Assembly: GCA_023213395.1 (NCBI GenBank)
Contig: CM041465.1
Coordinates: forward strand, 94,805,741-94,869,740
DNA length: 64,000 nucleotides
Source: Cycas panzhihuaensis
Lineage: Eukaryota; Plantae; Cycadophyta
Direction of reading: 5' to 3'
Each line of letters begins with the position of its first letter. Within the stretch, counting starts at the first letter, position 1. Below the pieces are notes generated by a model that did no database searches, had not been told where the DNA came from, and was given only the letters and a program-made list of their open reading frames with translations. The position numbers and the translations under genes are program-made. Shown piece after piece: positions 39,838 through 51,709 of this stretch.

Positions 39838-42800
39838 ATGGAGGGATATCCATCATAGTTGGCATACCACACCTATATTTCTAAGTCTTAAAACCAAACC
39901 ACTTATCCCCTTCAAGATCTAACCCAAGAAGACAAGGATCCTTTCTTCTACTCAGATGACCAAGGACATCCAAAATTCTGTTTGTTCCTTATGCATGATG
40001 TAGGAAGATCCTCCTCTATGGAGTACCTTCACCCCAATGAAAGTTCACATGAAGATCAACCCATGGGCCCTGCCCTACACGAGGAGTTGTCTACCTCGTA
40101 TGAGTAGGCTAGGACCCCTCCCATGGATGTAGTTTAGGCACTATAATAATACTTTAGAGCTGTGAGTGCCCAACCACCTCCTAAGTGGTTAGATGACCTT
40201 CTTCATAACATTACTCCACCCTCTTCTATATTTGTGCCTTCTGTCTCATCTCAACACTTACCTACATCAATGATATGGCCTGTTCCCATTGTCGCTTCAT
40301 ATTTGCATACCCCTCATGACCAAGGGGTATCCCAAGGCATGCCCATATCCTAGATCAGGTTAAGCATGCCCATCCCAAACCAAACAACCACACCACAACC
40401 TACCATGTCTTATACCCCCTTAGTGCAATCAAGGATGCCCTCGCACCCTCACCCTTTAGGCCATGTGGGACCCATCCCCATGTGCCCTCGTCCATAACCT
40501 ATGGATCCTTCCCTCTATATATACTTAGGGTATATGAGTCAACCATGGGGATATGGGGGGCAAACCCTCTCCCAATCTATGGGGTAGATTCACTCCATCC
40601 TTATGGAGTTGCACCTCCCATAGGTGGCCTATATATGCAAAATCTTATGCCTCATCCTCCTTTATCATCCTCGTATATGACTCTATACATAACACATTCC
40701 TAAGGGGATCTATTCCCCCTCATGATCCTTATTCTCATGGCCCCCCTCAACATGGGGCATACACTCAAGGTGGGGTGAGGTCATCCCACCCACCTTCTTC
40801 TTATCAAGCCTATGCACAAATGTGGGAATTTCCCTACCACCAAACAGGTGGAAATCCTTATTCCTCATATGTCCAAACTCCTTAAGGGGGGGGTTGGATA
40901 TCTATATCTGCCTCCTCCCTTGCCTCTAGTTGACCCTTTAGCTTAGTTAGGGACTCATCCCTTCATTGATTATAGGTCAATCCCACTCTCAATTTAGGCT
41001 CTTAGGACCAACCTACTACCTCACCCTCTTAAGGTGCCTAAATTTGATGGTACCTTATCGTAGGACCTAATTAAGCATGTTAGGAGCTTCTTTGTAGTAT
41101 GCATAGACTATTGGGCATATGATCACATCCTCATGAGATTGTTTCCCTATTCTTTACAAGGAGATACCTTGAAATGGTTTCACCATCTTCCTACTCACTC
41201 CATCCATTATGTCCAACAACTTGTGGATGAGTTTGTCAATTATTTTGATGTAGCTCACCGCTTTGAGGGTGGGGTCAAAGCCCTATTCTCTCTCAAATAG
41301 GGTCACAACAAAATGAATTGTGACTTTTTTAGGCATTTCCATGGATTTCTCCACTCTATGAAGGCTATACTACCTAAAGAGTTGAATAACAATATCTTCA
41401 CGAATGCCCTTCTACCTAAAGTCCATGTTGAAGTCCTCAAGTAGGGGGCAACGACATGGGATTTTTACATAGCAAAGTGCTTAGTGCTTGAGGCCATTGA
41501 GATCTAGGTAGGTCTTAAGAAGCCTCTTAGGTCATCACAGCAATGCCAGGCACCCCCTCCATCATGTAATAAAAGACCCTAATAGTCTCTAAGGCCCCCT
41601 ACCAATACAACTGATAGGACCTTGGACCCTTTGACTTTAGCTATAAGTTTGTTCAAATGTATGATGAAGGAGCTAAAGCTCTAACCATCTCAACCCTCTT
41701 CTAATGCCCATAGACCCATCCATCAAGCATCTCAAATTGCACCACCTAAAGGTTGGAATGCCTAAACTTCTTAAGGGAGGAAGGCACACCCTCCCCCTAA
41801 GAAGAAATGGTGTTTTGTCCATAGAGAATGCCTCCATGATGATTCATAGTATTAGAAATAATATCCTAAGCTTGCTTCGCAACATGATACTTCCTCTAAA
41901 TAGGCTTCTAAGCCCAATTTAGATCAACTCATCCATAGATATCCTTTCCATGACCATAGGGAACATGATCGCTCTACCCAGAATAAAAGGGCAAGGAATA
42001 TGGGATGATCCCCTAACGTTCCCCTAACCCACCTCCTGATCTAGCAAAGGGAAAGGGGGAAAGGGAACTATCATTGACCCCGAGCCTCTATTCTTAGCCA
42101 TCCTCTTCCTCTCAATCCCAAATCAAGGAGAAGAGAATCATTCAAATTCTTAAGACTACTCCCTTGTACATAATTACAAGGTATCAAGTAGCCAAGGAGG
42201 CTACTAAAGCCTCCACCTCTCATCAAAACCCTTCCATAGATAATCCACCTATGAAGATCCCCATGGTCTCCGAGACCATCCCCATCCATCTAGGATGATA
42301 TGACTTTCGAAAAGCCCTTCCCCAACCCATGGGAAAAGGGAAGGCCTTCTCTATTCTCAAAGCATTGCACTATATATCCATCAGAATGTCTATGATGGAC
42401 ATCTTGTAGAGTTACCCTGAGTAACACACTTTTAGTTTGAAAGCTCTTGATCAACAAGATACTCCTATACACACTATAAGTACCACCTCCTGTGGACCTC
42501 CTATCATTTTATTCTATCCTTGAGATCTGCCATCTCTTAGCAAATAGGAAAATTTTTGGCACTACCTATTCATCATCACTATTGACACCCCTAACTTTAC
42601 CATAAAGAGGACCATCATAGATAATGGTTCCTCAGTGAATGCTATGCCTATATGCATGCTAAAGGAGTTAGGCATAGTGGTCATCGAGTCTGTCCCTTGG
42701 AAATACCAAGGATATGACAAAGTATAGTAGGGAAGACCATTCCCATAGATGTCGTTATGCTTAATATCAACATCTAGTGCAACCTCTTATTGGGTTGAAC

Positions 42801-43300
42801 ATGGCTTGATCAAATGGGAGCTACTTGTTCCTCACGTTGGGGGTAACTTAAGTTTGTCCATGAAGGACAAGTTAAGATTATCACCCATGAGTCTTTGCCT
42901 TCTCATATTTCTCATCCTACTTACTAGGATATCTTCAATGTCAAAGATAATGATCCTAATGAGGTTATCCCCTCCTTAGGGAATTATTTTCAGGGGGATA
43001 AGTCCCAGCAAGATGAACCCCTACCTCAGCATGAACCTAATCTAGTTAGGTTTGTACCTATTGGTATAAGTAACTATGGCTATCTACCCATCGTGGATGA
43101 CCCTGAGTTAAATGTTGAGGATCATGACTATCCTCCTCGACATGTCACTCTAATCTCCTACATGTCTAGGAAGGCATCCCATGTGGATCTTCCCTCTTAT
43201 ATTGACTCTTCTACATCTCTTGAGTTGTTGGCTCTGAACCAACCACTTCCCATATCTTTCCACTTCATGTGGATGTCCTCTCATAGGCGTACATGCTAAT
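39838..43300 (+). pseudogene. gag: Unit 1 gag (Pro-rich N-terminus, Retrotrans_gag-type core) and protease
   Basis: VPKFDGT...ILMRLFPYSLQGDTLKWFHHLP; KRTIIDNGSSVNAMP; no RT follows. Confidence 0.88.
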
Positions 43301-44257
43301 AAGATACTCATAAGAGTGTTTTACCTTCATGTCGTAGACCCTCACTAAGGCCTAGATCTTGTCCCACCCACATGCAACTTTACCATGTAATCCATTGTGT
43401 GTCGACCCCCTTGCATTAGTTTAGTTCTAACCAAACTCTTTCCATCCATGAGGCCATCCATGTTAGGCCTACCTACCATGATTTCTCTAAAATGAGCCTA
43501 AACTATGCTTTCAAATGTGATGTTGGTTACCCTCACTAGGGGCACAATGTACATTTGAGTTTTTAGCAGCTTTGTGCATTGGCAAGATGACTATACTCCT
43601 TTCTAAAGGTGTCATCTATCCCATCAACAAATAAAGCCCTCCCTCTAGTTTATGAGTGGTAGTAAACGTGTCATAACAGAAGCATGTTTCCACGACTTGT
43701 GTTTGGTGCCTCCTTTAGGAAGTAATTTTACCTACTTTTAAGTGTAGGTTACCACCTAAGGAAGGCCCCTAGAGATAGATCCCATCTCCTTTTTATGCTC
43801 TAAAGGGTATCCATACCCATTCTTATTCTCTTTTATATTTGGGATTTCTATTTTCCTCCCAAGGAATATGATCCCCTTACCCCTGAGCCATGTGAGACTG
43901 CCTAACATATGCAGGTGATCATGTGTATCTAGTGTGAGTGTCATATCATGTAAAAAGAATGTATAATATCATGCATAATAAGATAAACCAATCCACACCT
44001 ATGTACCATCTATGCATCCATGCATCCATACTCATATCTATAACCATAATAAAAACAAAAAGTAATATATATCAAAAATAGGGTACCAATGTGGCCTTAT
44101 CTATATACATATATGATCAATAATAGTATAAAATGTATTGGATCAACGTGCCCCTAGGAAGCTAGAATCCTTATAGGGGGATGTCTAATCATATACACGT
44201 GGTGGTATGGATCCCCCTAGAGGTTTAAAGCTTTCCTATCATTAAAATATATGATAC

Positions 44258-46087
44258 TATAACATGATAGAGGCATGGTATCCTCATGGCGTATCACCCC
44301 TAGGTCTATCTACTCCCTTGCATGGAGAATACATCCCTCCTAAGTGCCTCCTCTACCTCTATGAGGTCCCAGCCTTGCTTTCCTTGTCTCTCATCCTTTG
44401 CTAAGCTAGTGTCACTGTGTTGGTCCTAGTGCATGACGATCGAGTGGCCATCTAGTCAACTAGTTAGTTGTACCACTCCTATAGCTAGTCTGTCTCTCCC
44501 AACACCTAGTCTCTCTCCCCAAAGGTAGATGCCAGCTGGCCCTCTTCCTCACGTAGACTCTCCTTAAGCATGACGACCCTCATGTTACCCCCTATACCTC
44601 TTTCTTAGACCTCTAGCTCTTGCACCTAAGCTTGGAGATGCTCCTTCTCTACCCATCTCTCTTGGGCCTCTACAACCCAAATATCTATGACTTAAACGAA
44701 AGGGGTGAATGATGTTGTATGGAGGGCCATAGAGCCTGGCTCTCTGCTATCTTCAATGGGAGGCTGCCCCTCCTCATAGACTTATGGGAAGAGCCACTAC
44801 CCTCCTGATTAGCTCTCTTATCTCCTCTCCACCTATCAATCACATAAACCAATGAATCAACATTGAGCATAAATAAATCTATAAAATATAAACTAAAAGC
44901 TATAAGTGAATAGTTAAAATGGAATATCTAGCTAGGAGTAAAGGAGAGAGTTTACCTTTAGGAATAATTAGCTCTACTCTTGCTACCACATCTCTAGTTG
45001 TAGTTGTTACCTACTCAGCTCCTGCCTCCTTCTCTCATGGCTCCTCTCCCTTTCTTAGAGCATCTAGCGTATCCTCAGCCTTGACCTCCTCTACCCTAGG
45101 GATCTCTACTCTAGTCATAGCTATAACTACCTCTCCTATAGATACTAATACTACATCCACCTCTGGATGAGCAACAATAGCTCCCTGATCCTTCTCACCT
45201 CCCAACTCTACTGCTGTGGCCTCTGCCATTGGTACTCCTATTGCCTCTCCCCCCTTGGCATCACTATACCACTACATAGTGCTATATGGGTGACTCACGT
45301 AATCCTCTACTATGAGTAGGTCCAGTGATGTGGTTGCCACTGATCTCTAAATAGGCTCCTTGACACCCCTTAAGAACATCAACCATTTATAGATCAAATA
45401 GGTTCTAGCTCATATCAGTTGTGGTCTAGTTGCTAGGGCCACTCCTATGAAGTGGTTAAAGAGGCAACATTAAAGAAGGGAAGTGTAGGAGAGCCCTCCT
45501 CACCCCATAGCTTGCATCTAGTCCAACTAGGCTATAAGGTCAATTGCTATCAAAGAAACCTTGTCGAGCCTCTCTCCCACCTAACACCACTTGATGATGT
45601 CCATCCACCCTCCAAGTAGATCCCTATAATTTTGTTTATAGGATATCCAGAATAAAATAGTAAAAACTATCATATTCATCAACAAAGGAATCCTAGACGA
45701 AGTAATGGTTTGTAAAGTAATACCCCTCCAGTCTTAGTAACCTTTACTAGTGAAATACCTAGTTACCTCCTAATGTGTTGAATTCGTGCTAGGCAAAGTA
45801 CCTAACACCATTGGTAGGCCATTGGCTGGTACTCCTAGAATCCTCTTAACATTAGCAGGAGTGATGAAAACATCTCCCACCATTGGTAAATAGAAGACGT
45901 GCCACCACTGCTCCCAATGTGAGATAATATCCACTAATAGAGCCTAGTTTGAAGCATATTAGGGCATATGCACTATCTTTAGGAGCTTCCATCTCCTTAG
46001 TATTGCCTTCTCTCAGAGATCTAGTAACTCTACAAACCTAACTATTAGAGTGTCGATGTTCTTCCTATTGTCCACTACCATCACAGG
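44258..46087 (-). pseudogene. Unit 1 antisense spliced gene: Plant Mobile Domain, Glu/Ala-rich linker, coiled-coil-like tail; intron 44879-44955
   Basis: ALLVDIISHWEQWWHVFYLPMVGDVFITPANVKRILGVPANG fits the PMD N-terminal motif (ERW...HTFHLP.GE.TITL.DV..LLGLP..G); removing the 77-nt GT-AG intron joins ORFs 45035-45229 and 44685-44870 in frame. Confidence 0.82.
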
Positions 46088-47296
46088 CTTAAAACATCAC
46101 CAAGTAGTATTGTTAGTCGATTAGCCACCCTCTTACAGAATCATAGCCATTTTTCTAGACCAAAATCATTAATAAAACATAATTTAATCTAATTTAATCT
46201 AAAAAAACCCTTTTCTATTTTAGCCCCATGAATATATCTATGGCAATGTAGATATATTTTTGAGTCATATGACATTTCTATCTCACCCTGTAGGGATATT
46301 TATGATACCCTGAATAATTTTGCAATGCCAATGATACCCCTACCAAAAATTTAGAAAGCAATAAAAATAAAGAAATATTTTTCGTAGTGGACCATGACTA
46401 GTACACAGAGACCAGGGCTTCCTAGTGCCCTGGTCTGGCCTCTCACGAATCCTTAAATAGATTCTGTTGGACTAAATTTACCCCTAGTGGGCTCCACCTA
46501 CCTACAAAAAGCATAAATGATAAAAATTGAAATATTTTTTATCAGGAATAAGATCTCTGTATTGGATCTTGTCTAATAGCTGCCATGGCTTACTCTTGGT
46601 TTTGATGACTACTATTATGTAAGGATATGATGGTCAAATCTCCTTCGAGGAGCTCGTGATAAAGGTGGTAAGTCAAGGTAGAAAAGGAGTTTCTATCCAA
46701 ATTAGATAAGAAAGTATGAAAATAAATCTTAGTTCACCCCCCATCCTCCTTTTATTCGTGGTGCCACCTGAGGCACCGCATCCTATTCCTCTTCCAACAA
46801 AGCCATTCAAACTATTGTTTTGAGCTTATCCTTTTTTCCCTCTAGGTTTTGATCTGTTCCTACTCTCAAGTTCCATTTTTCCTCACTTTCTTACATATTT
46901 ATGGCACCCTTTTGGCCTCCCAAAGGCTTTTTTTGGACCCCATTTTATCCCACTCCAAACCTACCCATGTTTATACTCCATAAGCCCATTTCAACGTGCT
47001 AGATTTACTTTTCATGTTAATTCTAATCCTTTTTACACCCATTAGGATTTATCCCCTTGGTTAGGCCTTCAATTAACCTCTTTTAGCTCCAAACCTCAAC
47101 GATGAGCTTAGTTTCACTAATTTCTCCTCCCTCTCTACATGACGGGCCCTCTATGAGCCTAGTAGCTTAGCCATAGAGCTCTCTTATCCTTGCGTGAGTG
47201 CCCCTTTGAGTAATTTTGATTACTAGATAGATTGTTCCTCATACACTTTTTACTCTCTATTTACCTTCACCTTGACTAATTATTTTTCTCTTTATT

Positions 47297-47714
47297 ATGG
47301 TTCTTCTCATGTACATTAATGGAGGTAGCCATGGAAACTAGGTACCTTCCATAGCTACTTGGATCATTAGTGATCCTATCGGACATGATCTCATGCATTT
47401 TAGGGTGTTTTTGCTTGAGGCCATAAATAATGAAGTAGAATATACAATTGTTATCGAGGCCCTCACTGATGTACTTTGCTTATATCATGGTCCTGTGATT
47501 CTCAAGTCATAGTTTTGCAACTAACTCAAGTTTATTGAGTCCTTTACCCTCAACTAAGATCCCTTGCTTTGACTGCTAGGTCTCTCTTGTCTTTGATTCT
47601 TTTGGTAGACATTTGAAATATCCCTCATGATCAGAATACCAAAGTAGATAGCCTAGTTCACCTCATTCTTAAGCGTTATCTTCAGCTCTTAGATGAGCCC
47701 TCGATAACCCGATA
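47297..47714 (+). pseudogene. Free-standing archaeal/plant-type RNase H (aRH) ORF just upstream of the PPT
   Basis: MYINGGSHGN...AINNEVEY...DSQVIV...NIPHDQNTKVDSLV reproduces the DG-S-GN / TNNxAEY / DSQLVV / PRxxNxxAD motifs; own ATG; frameshifts and stops. Confidence 0.85.
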
Positions 47715-48278
47715 GGTTGACCCCTCTTAGAAACCTTTTAACAATCACTTTCCTCTTATTACCATCCCTTTACCTCCAAAAAAGGGTTGCTAACAAGGTT
47801 AAACTATGATGACAAAGATCCCATTTTCCTATTCAATTTCTGTACCATCTATGATTTAGTTTCTATTGTATTTTAAACTTAGTTTTTATTATACATTAGA
47901 GTGATGAGGCATCCCCTCAACTTCTTCTCCCATTAATTCCTTTTCGCTTCTTTCCAGGATTTTGATCCTACCTTATTCTTCAAGGTTGTATTACCTACCT
48001 AAGCATCACTATGGGCATCTCTCTAAGTTGCCTCACCTTCATTTCATGTATGTTTTAGGGCTCAAGTTCTGTACTTAGAGGTTTGACCAAGCCATGTTTC
48101 TCTTTCCTCCCCCAAACATGTGTTTCCCATCCATGCAACTTGTTGTCACAACAACTATTACCCACCTTGGTCATTGACACACTACCTTTAGACATGTCTC
48201 TACTAATAAGTTTGTGTTGGCAACATTTACCATCATCCAATGCTTTTGAGTGACAAGGTTTTGCTACCAAGGGGGTAG

Positions 48279-49829
48279 TGTTTCCCAGCTTCCAGGAACG
48301 AATTAGGATGATACCATACAAGTAAGATTAGGTATACATGCTTTCCCTTTCACTTTGTCACATTTTTAATTATTGAGATGCATAATGGTTGCATGATTAT
48401 TTGGCTGTTTGAGTTGCTTGCTTGATCCCTTGCTTGTGTATGTGACTTTTGCCTATGATAATTAAGACTCTAGTCCAATGGCAATATTGAGCTCCCATGG
48501 CAAATCCCCTCATGTGATTGGTTTCTCACATGCTTTTGTAGCCTATCTTGGTGATTTTAAGCATATTTATACTCTTTTAATAGCATCTTTTCCTCTTATC
48601 TTATGTTGCTTATCCCTTTGGTCCACCAATGGTAGCTTATCAAGGCTTTTCATGAGAAAATGCCCCTCCCTACTCACTCTGTATGAGATTTGATAGTGTT
48701 TTCTAGGAATGATGGTTGGTTAGGCCTTATCCATATCTTGACATATGTGATTTCAATTGTTATGTAGAGTTATTAATTATTTTGTTATGTTTCTCATATG
48801 TTTCCTATGAATTTCTATCTGTAGGATGGCCCAGGGATGACCTATAGGTCCTTAAGATTATGTTTGGGTCCCTCAGCACCTCATCTCCATCTTGTTATAT
48901 TTCACCTTCTTGCTTCAACATTTATCAAATTATATAAACTTCTGTTAGTCTGCTATCACCTTGCCTAGATTTTTGTCTACTCTGCTATGATTATTATACC
49001 TCATAGATATATCTGTGGCACTACTAATATATTCATAGTGTTAATATATTCGCAGTGTGACTATTAGTAACTTAAACATAGATAAAAATAACTAGATTTG
49101 TATTTATTACTCATCTGATGCACAATCCTACCTCAAGATAGCCTAGATCATACTCTAATAGTCCTTAGACTCTATTAGACTCATAAAAACAAAAATTCAA
49201 CATCATTTAGGGATCTGTCTAAGGATTTTTCATACTATCCATCACTCTTTTAAAGGAATTCACTCTTTCCCTTTGCAAGAAACATAGTTTGTGCAGGAAA
49301 TTAGACCTAGGGTAGGAAAGGGAGGAGGAAATTTACTCTATATAGGCAAGGAGACACCTTCAAGCCACCAATGTAATTAAAAAGGCTCCTATTCCCTTCT
49401 CTAAATATAGATTTCCCTCCCAAAAAGTATTGTCTCCATAATAAACCTATAACTTATGTCAACTTTCTCTTCAACTAATGGGTAGGCCTATTTTCCTTGG
49501 ATTTTATTGCCAAATACTTATGTTTCACTTGATTTCTTTCATTATTTGCTATAGATTTTGGCGATTTCATGTTTTAAAAATCATTTGTATGCTTGTTTAG
49601 AAGTTTCCCTAGCATAAACTTTGGAGGCAATACCTCCATCCTTTACAAAACCTCTCGTTTCACTTGCCAACCACTAGTTTATGGTAAGGGGAGGACTTAG
49701 CCTATTAGAGGAGATCATAGGAAGGGTATTAAGCTTGAGTTCTAACTCAAAAAGCCTCCCTTCACTAGGGTAATCCCCTCCTTGAAGCCTCTAAGCATCC
49801 TACTATCCATCACCTCAACTAGTGCAACA
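48279..49829 (+). repeat. LTR2 (~1.55 kb), shared middle LTR
   Basis: TGTTTCCCAG...GTGCAACA, with a PPT upstream and a PBS-like TGGTAATGAAAC downstream. Confidence 0.85.
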
Positions 49830-51709
49830 TTTGGTAATGAAACGTGCAACATTCCTTTTAGTCCATCCTACTCTAAGATTCTCACCCAAAACCACTATCT
49901 AATTATGAGACACCTTTTTTCCACTTGGGAGGAACCACATCTTATAAAGGATCTTGCCATTCTGAGGTGACCCCCCTTCACCTTCTTTCCCTCTTTTCTC
50001 CCTAGTATTGTATGGTGAGATTTTGAGTTTGGAAGTAAGACTTGAATTCATTTTGTTGTTGTAAATTGAAATCTAAATATTTTAACAACATTTTTCTAGA
50101 AGAGAATACACATATACATATATAGTTTACTTGTAGAAGGTTTGTTTTCTTTGTGACATAGGTGGATGACTTCCTTTACAATCAAAGCTACACATTGTGA
50201 GAAGGTAGTGCTTTTTTTTCTTTTTCTTTTTTGAGCTCATTTCTGCTTTATTTCCTTACTTTCTTTCATTTTTATATAATTGGGGAAGTAAGGAATCCCC
50301 CTCTCCATCTCCAACAACATTTATAACAATCAAAGGAAGAAAAGGCATCAACAAGGGAGGCACACAAAGAGGGATTGTACTTTGTCATCACATATCATAG
50401 AATCGGGTGTACTCCTTTAAACCCTTTCCTCTTCTCTCCTTTTTCTCTCTTCCTTCCCTAAAAGAACATTGCAAATATAAAATGCATTGGTTTCTTCCTT
50501 TTTCACATGTGCATCACATATAGAGAAGAATATAACATAGGCAAACTATACTCCTTCTCCCTCTTTTATAAAAGGAAAGACTTGCATGCCCCCTCCAAAA
50601 GCTCTACATGTTGCATCCAAAAGAAAACTCATAAAACATTGTAAGTTACCTTCATACGTAGATAGGAAACATAGATTGTAATTTTTGTTTTTGATCATTG
50701 CTCTTGGATAAAAGAGGAAAGAAACCTAGTTAGATATAAATTGTAGCAACATTTGCTTACAACTTCCTTATCACATCCCAACCCTAACCTCTAAGCAAAA
50801 AGAGAGTGAGGAAGAGTGAGAAAGAGAAGCTGTATGCATATTTGTATGTTTGTTTTATTCTTAGGAATTTTATAGTGATTATTGTTGTATAAAAGTAGAT
50901 CTCATCTCAATAAAACAATAAACTATAAACTTAGGAAACATCTTAGGTCTTCTCATAACTTAAGAAGATTTTTTATAGCCTAGTTACAACATCTAGATAG
51001 AAGCAATATTCCCTCCATTTTGTAATTAAAACACTGAAACCTCAACCCCTAGAGGTAATCCTCTAGCTCCAAATGGACCATTTAAAGCCTTTGTTTCTTA
51101 TTGTGCTACTCCTCTAATCCCTTTTCTAAAAGGGTACTCCTCCTTCTCTTATTTCCTTTCTTGAAAAGAGATTTATCTCCTATTCTCTCCTTTTAAGGAT
51201 AGGAGAGCTTTGTTTAGGCTACTCGATAATTCAAGGATGCCTTCTTCCTCTCATTCGCATCAAGAAAGTTACCTAAAGAAGAGAGAAAGTGTAACACATA
51301 GTTGCGAGTTCTTGAACCTATGTTCTGAAGTGTGGATGCCTTTTGAGGGTAGCTTTACCTTCTCTCATACTCTTAACCCTTTCACTTATTGATCTCCATG
51401 ATCAATAAGAGTATCAAGATTTTAGCAACCCCCTAGAGGCATGCTTCTACTGGCAACCATATTATGGACTTGCCAGTAAGAAAAGCCATAACATCCCTTC
51501 AATCGTTTCTAGTGTTAGCCTTTTCTTTCTTTTCTTTATACCTTTCTCTTACTAGGTAACCCTAGTTTGGTGTCTCCTAAGCTATCTTGCTTCTCTTACA
51601 TTACTTTGATAGGACATGGATACAACATTTTTCCTATCACTTGCATGGCCTATCCCCAATAATATAGGAGCCCTTTTATTCTTTCATCCCCTCGTTTGAT
51701 TCTGAATGG

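Noticed and set aside
44919-45170. Ser/Thr-rich + strand ORFs (also 56821-57045)
   Set aside because: Shadow frames of the Glu/Ala/Val-rich antisense PMD gene
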